Of a stretch of 64,000 nt of DNA, positions 37,676 through 46,281 are shown one piece after another. The DNA lies in NCBI GenBank assembly GCA_045223915.1, contig JBGUZU010000033.1, forward strand, positions 45,660 to 109,659, read 5' to 3'. Positions within the stretch are counted from its first letter, which is position 1. Every line of letters begins with the position of its first letter. Both the position numbers and the translations under genes were made by a program. Below the pieces are notes generated by a model that saw only the letters and a program-made list of their open reading frames with translations, ran no database searches and was not told the origin of the DNA. The DNA comes from Endomicrobiaceae bacterium (GTDB lineage: Bacteria > Elusimicrobiota > Endomicrobiia > Endomicrobiales > Endomicrobiaceae).

Positions 37676-38677
37676 ATGATAACAACATATGACTATATTG
37701 ACGCTAATAAAAGGAAAACAGTTTTATTACTGGTTTTATTTCCCGTTAGTTTGTTGTTTGTGTTATTTGTTGCATTGTATATTGCCATTTGGTTTGTTCC
37801 CGAGCTGCGAGTAAACAATTCTTCAATACTATTACAAATAATTCATTCTTATTGGCCATTTTTCCTTGTGTGCTTTTTGTTTTCTGTTTTTTGGATGATA
37901 CTATCTTTTTATCAAGGCAACAATATGTTGTTGAGTTTGGTAAATGCTTCAAAAGCCGACGAAGATGAGATTGATACCAAACAAGTACAAAGAATTTTAG
38001 AAAATGTTTCTATAACGGCTGGTATTCCAACACCCAAATTATATATATTGAGAAGAGAAGAAGGGTTAAATGCTTTTGCCGTTGGCACAAAAGAGACAGA
38101 TTCTGCCGTAGTGCTCACAAAAGGATTAATCGAAACGTTAGACAATTCTGAGCTTGAAGCGGTTATTGCTCATGAAATTGCACATATTGTTCATAAAGAT
38201 ACGCAACTCATGATGATAATTGCATTAGTGATAGGATTTGCCACATATTTCGGCTATATGATATTTAGATTGACCGGAGGGAGATCTTCAAGAAGAAGTA
38301 ACGGTAAAGGTGCCGGTATAATATTAATAATAGGTTTAGTTTTCCTTATATACGGATACATTGTGGCACCATTGATAAGACTTGCCGTATCCAGAACAAG
38401 AGAATTTGAAGCAGATGCAAAATCAGCTCTTTTAACAAGAAATCCTCAAGCGCTTATTTCTGCATTAAGAAAAATTGATAAGAGGCCTATAGTTGGTATT
38501 TTTAACAGCACAGCTAACAATAATGAGCTAATGGCACCTATGTGTATAGGAAATCCTTTAAGAAAAAGAGTAAGTCTGTTTGATGCATTATCAAATTTAT
38601 CAAGTACACATCCACCCATAGAAAAAAGAATTCAAGCTTTGGAAGGTATGGATGGCAGAGATTTCTTTTCGTATTAA
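37676..38677 (+). CDS. M48-family (HtpX-like) membrane zinc metallopeptidase
   Basis: HEIAHIVHKD (HExxH), downstream EFEAD, and four TM segments. Confidence 0.75.
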   Translation: MITTYDYIDANKRKTVLLLVLFPVSLLFVLFVALYIAIWFVPELRVNNSSILLQIIHSYWPFFLVCFLFSVFWMILSFYQGNNMLLSLVNASKADEDEIDTKQVQRILENVSITAGIPTPKLYILRREEGLNAFAVGTKETDSAVVLTKGLIETLDNSELEAVIAHEIAHIVHKDTQLMMIIALVIGFATYFGYMIFRLTGGRSSRRSNGKGAGIILIIGLVFLIYGYIVAPLIRLAVSRTREFEADAKSALLTRNPQALISALRKIDKRPIVGIFNSTANNNELMAPMCIGNPLRKRVSLFDALSNLSSTHPPIEKRIQALEGMDGRDFFSY

Positions 38678-38714
38678 AAAGAGAGCAAAATTTTTATATT
38701 TTGCTCTCTTTTTT
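38677..38714. terminator. bidirectional rho-independent terminator
   Basis: GAGAGCAAAAT-TTTTAT-ATTTTGCTCTC stem-loop, flanked by an A-run upstream and a T-run downstream. It lies between convergent genes. Confidence 0.75.
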
Positions 38715-38732
38715 AATATTTATAATTCTTTA

Positions 38733-40541
38733 TTAAAATTTAATTTGTGTTCCGAAATATACTGTAACGCCCGGCATTTTTGTTATAGGATAATTGTCGG
38801 CATCCCTGTCTAAAAATATTTCGTATTCCTGATTTGTTAAGTTTTCCCCGTTAACAAACAATTTTATGTTGTCGTTTACTTCATAGCTTAACTTTGCACT
38901 AACAACGGCGAAATCACTTAATCTTTCCGCTTTTTTGTCTTGGCTGTAATAATTTCCTACATACATACTATTCAATGCTAAAGCCCATTTGCTGACTTTA
39001 AAATTTACATTCAAATCTATTTTATCTTGAGGTCTTCCTTGTGTATGTTCTCCCGCATCAAAATAAGTGTATCCGGCTTGTGCGTCGATAAATTTGTTTA
39101 ATATATAACTTAAATACAGTTCAATGCCTTTAAATTCGTATTCTCCGACATTTTGTAAAAGCATTGGTGGCGGAGCCATTTTGTTAGGAGCTTTTTGTAT
39201 TAAGTTATCACCTTTCATAACAAAACCGGTAACATTAAAAATAAAGTCATCGTTTTTAAACTCTGCGCCTATTTCGTAATTGTCTACGATTTCAGGCTCT
39301 AATTTTTCATTCCTTACAGGGACTAAATAAAGTTCGTTTAAGTAAGGACTTCTAAAACCTCTGCTGTATAAACCTTTAACCAATAAACTTTCCGTAAAAC
39401 TATATTCTAATCCTGCTCTCGGAATAAACTGTTCACCTGATATCTCATTGTTGTTATATCTTACACCTGCAACTGCCGTTAATTTATCTGTGAAGTTATG
39501 TTTATCTAAAGCATAGAATGCATACTCATAAAGTTTCCAGTTACCGATATTCATTCTTCCGCCTGCAGATTGAGATAAAAGTTCGCCTTCCTGTTGTTTG
39601 TAGTCTGCACCTATTTTCAATAAATTGTCATCACCTATTTCCCAATCGTAGATTGCCATTGCACCTGTCAAACTGTCTTTTGAATGCCAATTGTTTGAAA
39701 ATTTGTGATCACCGTCATTTCTGTATGCTCTAACGGATAAACGGCCTCTTGAAAACAATTTGTCGAAATTTAATTGGTATGAATTTCTGTGATAATCTTC
39801 CCAATAATTATTTAAATAAATCATACCGCCGTCTTTCGTTCTTGTTTCCGGTTCATGTTTTACACCTTGAAACTGTTTTGCTTCAAAAATTAACGAAGAA
39901 CCGTCTCTGAAAATATAACCTAATTTTTCGTATAAATCAGTTGCATTATATTGCGAATTAGGTAAATGTCCGTCGCTTGTTATTTTGTTTGCCGCAACTT
40001 CGTACAATATGTTGCTTTGTAAACCGCCCACATAAACTTTTGAATTTTGTGTATTGAACGAACCGAAAGAAACGTCTATTTTACCTTCAAGCGGTTTTGT
40101 AGGAGTTTTTGTTATTATGTTTATTACTCCGCCGAGTGCACCCGAACCGTACAAAACGCCGTCGGGCCCTTTAGTTACTTCTACTCTGTCTATGTTGCCG
40201 GCAAGCATAGAATGCGAAACTCCGCAACCGAACAACGACATAAATTCCGGTTTCCCGTCAATCAAAACAATTATTCTTCTGCAATTGTCACCAAAACCTC
40301 TTATTGAAGGATCTGTTCTTCCCGTATCACCTGTTTTTTGAACGAGTATGCCGGGCACATTTTTTAAAACTTCCAGAGCTTCAACGGGATTAACTTTTTC
40401 AATATCTTGGCTTGTTACTTCCTGCGTTGTTGTAATTGTATTTTGTTGTTCATAAAGCTTTTCCAAACTTAAGTTAACATCAGCAGCAAATACAGTTGTG
40501 CTAAATAATAAAAAACTTAATAGCACTAAACATTTTTTCAT
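38733..40541 (-). CDS. TonB-dependent outer-membrane receptor (602 aa, BtuB-sized)
   Basis: Signal peptide. Plug-domain patches ALEVLKNVPGI, GDTGR..PSIRGF and LIDG. C-terminal ...TVYFGTQIKF with terminal F. Confidence 0.8.
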   Translation of the reverse strand: MKKCLVLLSFLLFSTTVFAADVNLSLEKLYEQQNTITTTQEVTSQDIEKVNPVEALEVLKNVPGILVQKTGDTGRTDPSIRGFGDNCRRIIVLIDGKPEFMSLFGCGVSHSMLAGNIDRVEVTKGPDGVLYGSGALGGVINIITKTPTKPLEGKIDVSFGSFNTQNSKVYVGGLQSNILYEVAANKITSDGHLPNSQYNATDLYEKLGYIFRDGSSLIFEAKQFQGVKHEPETRTKDGGMIYLNNYWEDYHRNSYQLNFDKLFSRGRLSVRAYRNDGDHKFSNNWHSKDSLTGAMAIYDWEIGDDNLLKIGADYKQQEGELLSQSAGGRMNIGNWKLYEYAFYALDKHNFTDKLTAVAGVRYNNNEISGEQFIPRAGLEYSFTESLLVKGLYSRGFRSPYLNELYLVPVRNEKLEPEIVDNYEIGAEFKNDDFIFNVTGFVMKGDNLIQKAPNKMAPPPMLLQNVGEYEFKGIELYLSYILNKFIDAQAGYTYFDAGEHTQGRPQDKIDLNVNFKVSKWALALNSMYVGNYYSQDKKAERLSDFAVVSAKLSYEVNDNIKLFVNGENLTNQEYEIFLDRDADNYPITKMPGVTVYFGTQIKF

Positions 40542-40644
40542 ACTAAAAACTCCCTTATAAAATAACGACTTTACTATTTTACTAAATTAGAGCAACTCTA
40601 AGTCAATATAAAAACAATTGTAATAAAAAACCGGAGTTTAAGTG

Positions 40645-42375
40645 TTAAAAAATATTACATTGACTATTTTCATTATCACCAACAGCAACAGCTGTTTCAT
40701 CATTCTTTAAAGCTACGGTATGTCTGTAACCGGCAGAAATTGCCACAATATCTTTCCAATCATTAACGTTACACTGGCCAAATTCATTGTTACCGGTAGC
40801 AATAACGACACCATCATTCCTTAAGGCTATTGTATGCCTGTAACCGGCAGAAATTGCCACAATATCTTTCCAAGCACTAACATCACATTGCCCTTCTTCT
40901 TCCCACCCAACAGCAACTACGGTTCCATCTTTCTTCAATCCCACTGTATGATACCCACCTGCAGATATTGCTACTATGTCATTCCAATCTTTAACATTAC
41001 ATTGTCCGCATTTATTGTTACCAACAGCAACGACACTTCCGTCTTTCTTCAAACCTACTGCATGGTAATCACCGGCAGAAATTGCTACAATATCTTTCCA
41101 ATCGTTTACATTACATTGTTTAAATTCATTATAACCAACGGCTAACACAGTTCCATCTTTCTTTAATCCCATCGTATAAAAAGCACTGGCAGATATTGCT
41201 ATTATGTCTTTCCAATACTCAACATTACATTGTTCATATACATTATCACCAATAGCTGCCACGGTCCCATCTTTCTTTAATCCTACTATATGATACATTC
41301 CTGCAGATACTGCTACTATATCTTTCAATTTATAACCGTCAATAAGACCATCATCGATTTTACCAAAAGATATTACAGTTCCATCTTTCTTTAATCCTAA
41401 TGTATTATAATAGCCTGCAGATATTGATTTTATATTTGTGTTATCGTCAGAAAATAAATTAGTAAACATTGCTATTATAGTCTTCCAAGTACCTCTAATA
41501 TTTTTACCGATACTTAATACAGTTCCATCTTTCTTTAGTCCTACAGTATGATCATAACCTGCAGATACTGTTACTATGTCTTTCCAATTTTCAACATTAC
41601 ATTGTCCAAATTCATTATAACCTATAGCTATTACAGTTCCGTTCTTTTTCAAGCCTACTGTATGACCACAGCCCGCAGATACAGCTACTATGTCTTTCCA
41701 TTTTTTTATATTATCTTGCTCAAAATCGTTTAAAGTGGTAGCAACCAACGTTCCATCTTTCTTTAATCCCACTGTATGAGAGCTGTCAGATATTGCAATA
41801 ATATTATTCCAATCTTCAAAATTAGATCGTTTGTTTCCTGTATGGCCAACAGCAACTACGGTCCCATCTTTCTTTAATCCTACTGTATGTTGAACACCTG
41901 CAGATATTGCCACTATATCCTTCCAATCACTAACATTACATTGCCCGTATTTATTGTAACCAACAGCAACTACGGTTCCATCTTTCTTTAATCCTACGAT
42001 ATGAGAATCTCCGGCAGAAATTGCCACAATATCCTTCCAATCACTAACATCACATAGTCCTTCTTCTTTCCACCCAACAGCAACAACGGTTCCATCTTTT
42101 TTCAAGCCCACTGTATGATGCCCACCAGCAGATATTGCTACTATGTTATTCCAGTCCTTAACATTACATTGCCCGCGTCCAAAAAACCACCAACCAGCGG
42201 CAACTACAGAGCCATCTTTCTTCAAACCCACTGTATGAAACTTACCGGCAGATACGTCCACTATATTTTTCCAGTTGCCAACATCGTTAGCTCGAAAGTA
42301 TAGTATACCGAAACAACTTAACAAAGTACCACTTAACAATATTAACAGTAAAACAATTACGAAAAATTTTTTCAT
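40645..42375 (-). CDS. RCC1-like beta-propeller repeat protein, 14 repeats, putative lipoprotein
   Basis: Fourteen ~38-aa units of the form W.DIVAISAG..HTVGLKKDGTVVAVG.N..GQCNV.D. The N-terminus MKKFFVIVLLLILLSGTLLSC ends in a lipobox-like LLSC. The start at 42375 follows GGGTGA. Confidence 0.8.
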   Translation of the reverse strand: MKKFFVIVLLLILLSGTLLSCFGILYFRANDVGNWKNIVDVSAGKFHTVGLKKDGSVVAAGWWFFGRGQCNVKDWNNIVAISAGGHHTVGLKKDGTVVAVGWKEEGLCDVSDWKDIVAISAGDSHIVGLKKDGTVVAVGYNKYGQCNVSDWKDIVAISAGVQHTVGLKKDGTVVAVGHTGNKRSNFEDWNNIIAISDSSHTVGLKKDGTLVATTLNDFEQDNIKKWKDIVAVSAGCGHTVGLKKNGTVIAIGYNEFGQCNVENWKDIVTVSAGYDHTVGLKKDGTVLSIGKNIRGTWKTIIAMFTNLFSDDNTNIKSISAGYYNTLGLKKDGTVISFGKIDDGLIDGYKLKDIVAVSAGMYHIVGLKKDGTVAAIGDNVYEQCNVEYWKDIIAISASAFYTMGLKKDGTVLAVGYNEFKQCNVNDWKDIVAISAGDYHAVGLKKDGSVVAVGNNKCGQCNVKDWNDIVAISAGGYHTVGLKKDGTVVAVGWEEEGQCDVSAWKDIVAISAGYRHTIALRNDGVVIATGNNEFGQCNVNDWKDIVAISAGYRHTVALKNDETAVAVGDNENSQCNIF

Positions 42376-42476
42376 AAATAAATCACCCATTTTTTAAATT
42401 AATAATTTATTATTTTATCAAATTAAAATTGCGATAGTGTAAGATATATAAAAGTTTAAATAGTTATGATGATAAA

Positions 42477-45400
42477 TTATGCACAAGATAACATTGCTCT
42501 TATTTGGTTGACGCCTATATCCATATCGTTTGTTAGAACACTTTCTTTCTTGGATGTTCTATCAATCAATTTCGGTATTATGAACGATGCACCGGTAATA
42601 ATACCGACTGCCCCTGCAATAATAATGTTGTTGGAAAGTCCTACTGCAAGAAGTCCGCTTATAGAAATTTGTGTTAATGTGGAAATTATCATACCGAACA
42701 TAGATTTGAACCCTAACCATTTTGATCTCATATTATCATCTAAAGTTTTATATACGGCAGAAACTTCCGTTAACGAAGATGTTCCCTGCCAGAAGTTCAT
42801 TAGAACATAAACGGAAACCAAGAATATCGGGTGACCGGTTGCTGCAAACAAAGCAAACAGTCCTGCAGATACCGTAAAAGTTATTGTTCTTACCGCTTTG
42901 TTTTCCACAATAAAACTTACTTTGCTTATTAAATGTGATGCTAAAGATTGCATTAAATTTCCCGCAAAATAAACAGGAGCAAGCAGTCCTACATTTATAC
43001 CGGTTGCCATTAGTGTCGGTTGTAAGAAGAAACATAAAACAACAAAGAACATATTGTTTACAACTATATTTAATGTAGCAAGAGAGAATGTCTTTTTGTC
43101 TGTAGATAATTTCTTTACGGGAGCAAACAATTCCGAAACAAAATCTCTTATATTTTTCTTTTCTTTGGTTACTTTTTGTTCTGTTTTTTCATCTTTACCG
43201 ATATTTTCATCATGTGTAAACAGTAGTGCACCTACGGCAATAATAATATCCGGAATTGCCGCTATCGCAATTACTGCCATTTGGCCCGTTATTGCGGCTA
43301 ATGCTCCGCCAAGCAACGAAGATAAGGACATTATTATCCAGAATAACGATAAGTTGGAACCGTAAATTTCTTTAAACGAATCTTTTTGTCCGAGATTATC
43401 CAACGATTTATATAAGAACGGACTTAATGTTAACGAAAGTAACGAAATTCCTATTGTAGGAAGTATCTGCGATGCTATAAGCAGTACAGGAGAAAGACCG
43501 GACAATGTGAATGTTATTGTTCCCAAAGCATGAACGATAATAGACAGAATAATCAATGTTCTCTTTGAGAATTTGTCCCCTATAAATCCGCCTATACCGG
43601 ATGTAGCAAAAGATATCGGTGCAAGCAGTGACATCACTAAAGAAATAAACGGTAATCCGTAACCGTTGGACTGCATGAATACCATTGAGAACGAACTGTA
43701 CAAATCAAATCCCAACATAAATTGTATGAAGGGGAAATATCGAATATTTGATTCCATTTTGTTGATTGTTGTTTGGTCAAGCCCGTTGGGATTTTCTCCT
43801 TCATATTTGTATAGAAATGCTGCTTTAAACGATGACAGATCTCTCTTAATGAATTCTTTTGCTTTTAATAACCAACCTTTTAAACTGAATTTATTATTTT
43901 TTAAAACGGTTTCTTTAATATCTGTTCCGTTATTGAAAAATTCCGGATGCTTTTGTGCCCACTCTTGAACAGTTTTAATTATTTCGGAATCTTTATATCC
44001 CTGATGTTTAAGTTCTGTTATCCACGATACTAAAAATTGTTCTTGCTTTTGATTCGATAATACCGAAACTAAAAGACCGTCCGATAAGCAGTTGTTTAAT
44101 AACGCAATATCCGTCATTATTTTGTTATATATTTTATAGTTCCCCGCTTGTGCATTAGGGAAGATACTTATGTATTTAATCTTATTTTTATCTAATAATG
44201 TTTCAAGTTCATTATGAAATCCGCCGACAACAACTATATTTGTTGTATCTTTTTCAATTCCTTTTAAAATATTTTGGGCAAAAATATTATTTCTTAATAT
44301 ATGATTTTTATAGTATCCGTTTATATGTTCGTTATTTAGAATGTCGAACAATTTTATGTTTTCGGATGTTCTCAACAAGTTTTGTATATTGTCTAAATTT
44401 GAAAACAGTTCGGTTGTATCGTCGGAACTCATTTTTAGTTGAACGAATTGTTTTAATGTATATAAAAGTTTTGTTTGCGATATTGTTTTATATAACAAGT
44501 CCGTATTAAATATTTCTTTTGACAGTTTGTTATACAACTCTTTTTTTTCTTGTAGAAAGTTTTTTATATCAAAACCCGATAACAACAAATGTTTATCTTG
44601 AATTTTTTCTATATAGTTATACTTTGCTGTTTCTTGTTCCGATAACAGTTGTTTTACACTTGCATACACTTGAGACAGTTGGTTTTCTACATGTTTATCT
44701 TTAAGATTAGTTATTAATTGTGAATATATGTTAAAAGGAAGTTTATCTTTGCAGATATTTAATAATGTTTGTAAGTCTTTGTAATAATTTTTTGTGTCTA
44801 TTTGTTCGTACTCTTTGATTTTTAAATATCTGTCCGTATTAGGATATTGCGACGATAAATCTATATTATATTCGGCTAAAAAATTTCTTATTTCGGTAAT
44901 GGCTTTATAATCGTAATCTATATCTTCAAAAAACAGTTTTTCAAAGAATTTCATATTCGCACTATAAATGTTTCGCTTAACTTTTGTTAATTTCTTTTCG
45001 GATTTTTTAATATATGCCAAATATTCTTTTTGAGAAGGCAAAATATTAACATATTCTTTAACAGTTTGAAGATAAAGATTAAAATCTTCTATTCCGTACA
45101 AATTATCTTTTTGTGATAAATAGGAAAAAAGTTCCGTTCCGCTTAAATATCCTTTCGATAACATACTGCTTAAAACATTTGTTCTTGTTTTGATATCGAT
45201 ATCTTTTATTGACGACGTATCGATTTTCCCGTCAGGCGCACCTTCAACAAATATTTTGTTTATTTCAAAGTTGGAATTTATATAATTTATTATTGAATAT
45301 ATGTTGTTTTGAGCATACGGTTGGCAATGCATATCGTAAATTAATATAACATTGGGATTATCTTGTTCTTGTATATTTGTTTCAAAAACTTTTCCTGTTT

Positions 45401-45542
45401 CTTTAGGAACATTGTTCAATATTTCCAAGGAACTTGTATTTTGAAAAGCACTAACAATATTAGCAGCGGTAACTCCTTGCGGAATTACCGTTACTATTAA
45501 AAAACAAACTGTTAAAAATAAAGATAAAATTTTTTGGAACAC
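42477..45542 (-). CDS. fusion protein: N-terminal ~440-aa module paralogous to the giant ORF N-terminus + C-terminal MFS transporter domain
   Basis: After a signal-like segment, residues ~60-480 align by eye with residues ~60-500 of 24096..30992 (D.H...FVEGAP.GK...LSG.E.FS ... GGFH). The C-terminal ~430 aa are polytopic and contain GGFIGDKFSKR. Confidence 0.8.
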   Translation of the reverse strand: MFQKILSLFLTVCFLIVTVIPQGVTAANIVSAFQNTSSLEILNNVPKETGKVFETNIQEQDNPNVILIYDMHCQPYAQNNIYSIINYINSNFEINKIFVEGAPDGKIDTSSIKDIDIKTRTNVLSSMLSKGYLSGTELFSYLSQKDNLYGIEDFNLYLQTVKEYVNILPSQKEYLAYIKKSEKKLTKVKRNIYSANMKFFEKLFFEDIDYDYKAITEIRNFLAEYNIDLSSQYPNTDRYLKIKEYEQIDTKNYYKDLQTLLNICKDKLPFNIYSQLITNLKDKHVENQLSQVYASVKQLLSEQETAKYNYIEKIQDKHLLLSGFDIKNFLQEKKELYNKLSKEIFNTDLLYKTISQTKLLYTLKQFVQLKMSSDDTTELFSNLDNIQNLLRTSENIKLFDILNNEHINGYYKNHILRNNIFAQNILKGIEKDTTNIVVVGGFHNELETLLDKNKIKYISIFPNAQAGNYKIYNKIMTDIALLNNCLSDGLLVSVLSNQKQEQFLVSWITELKHQGYKDSEIIKTVQEWAQKHPEFFNNGTDIKETVLKNNKFSLKGWLLKAKEFIKRDLSSFKAAFLYKYEGENPNGLDQTTINKMESNIRYFPFIQFMLGFDLYSSFSMVFMQSNGYGLPFISLVMSLLAPISFATSGIGGFIGDKFSKRTLIILSIIVHALGTITFTLSGLSPVLLIASQILPTIGISLLSLTLSPFLYKSLDNLGQKDSFKEIYGSNLSLFWIIMSLSSLLGGALAAITGQMAVIAIAAIPDIIIAVGALLFTHDENIGKDEKTEQKVTKEKKNIRDFVSELFAPVKKLSTDKKTFSLATLNIVVNNMFFVVLCFFLQPTLMATGINVGLLAPVYFAGNLMQSLASHLISKVSFIVENKAVRTITFTVSAGLFALFAATGHPIFLVSVYVLMNFWQGTSSLTEVSAVYKTLDDNMRSKWLGFKSMFGMIISTLTQISISGLLAVGLSNNIIIAGAVGIITGASFIIPKLIDRTSKKESVLTNDMDIGVNQIRAMLSCA

Positions 45543-45550
45543 AATCTTTT

Positions 45551-46144
45551 CTAGTGTAAAATTACAGGGTTACATTTCTGTACTTTGTAATGGGTATCAA
45601 CATTAAGGAATTTTGTCATTGTTTGTATATCTTCATCGAACAATTTAGATTTATCGTAAGTTGTTCTGAATAAAAAGTCTATACCTGAATTTTTAATTAA
45701 TTCTATACTGCGTTTTATATTGTCTATATTTACCGGAACACAACAAACCAAATCATATTTATCAAACGGTGCTTTTATATCCATAGCAATAAAATCCACC
45801 AACTTTTGATTGATGATTTGTTCCAATACTTCCGGGTTTGATCCGTTGCTGTCAAGTTTAACTAAAAAGCCCATCGCTTTAACTTTTTTTATAAAATCGA
45901 TTAAATCCGGTTGCAATGTCGGTTCTCCGCCTGTTATTACAACTGCATCCAACTGATTTCTTCTGCTTTCGAGAAAAGCCAAAACTTGTTCTTCCGGCAT
46001 AGGAACTTGATACATGTTAGGATAAACAAGTTCCGGATTATGACAATATGCACATCTGAAATTGCAGCCCTGCGTAAAAATAATGGCTGCAGTTTTATTC
46101 GGAAAATCTATAAATGAAAATTTTTGTAATCCGCCGATTCTCAT
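45551..46144 (-). CDS. nrdG: anaerobic ribonucleoside-triphosphate reductase activating protein
   Basis: SFIDFPNK..AIIFTQGCNFRCAYCHNP radical-SAM motif and GGEPTL. Located immediately downstream of nrdD. Confidence 0.85.
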   Translation of the reverse strand: MRIGGLQKFSFIDFPNKTAAIIFTQGCNFRCAYCHNPELVYPNMYQVPMPEEQVLAFLESRRNQLDAVVITGGEPTLQPDLIDFIKKVKAMGFLVKLDSNGSNPEVLEQIINQKLVDFIAMDIKAPFDKYDLVCCVPVNIDNIKRSIELIKNSGIDFLFRTTYDKSKLFDEDIQTMTKFLNVDTHYKVQKCNPVILH

Positions 46145-46281
46145 GAAAAAATACTCCGTATTTTTGATGTATAGATGTATGGAAGTCTGGATGTATGGAC
46201 CAAAATCGCTTTACGATTTTGAGATATAGAAGAAGAGGGCTTTTCCATACCTCTATTCTTCTATACCTCTATACCTCAATT
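46145..46281 (-). repeat. nrdD-nrdG spacer built of inverted period-8 arrays around a central hairpin
   Basis: Minus-sense units GAGGTATA GAGGTATA GAAGAATA GAGGTATG GAAAAGCC run 46277 down to 46238. The hairpin CAAAATCG-CTTTA-CGATTTTG is at 46201-46221. Plus-sense units GATGTATA GATGTATG GAAGTCTG GATGTATG are at 46166-46197. Confidence 0.8.

Noticed and set aside
40542-40644. A separate riboswitch or terminator in front of the TonB-dependent receptor
   Set aside because: The gap holds only a weak 4-bp stem and a promoter-like TTGACT. I could not find any B12 box or conserved riboswitch core.
40645-42375. The ~114-nt tandem DNA repeats as a satellite, CRISPR-like or mobile repeat
   Set aside because: The repeats are in frame and encode RCC1-like propeller blades within one continuous ORF.
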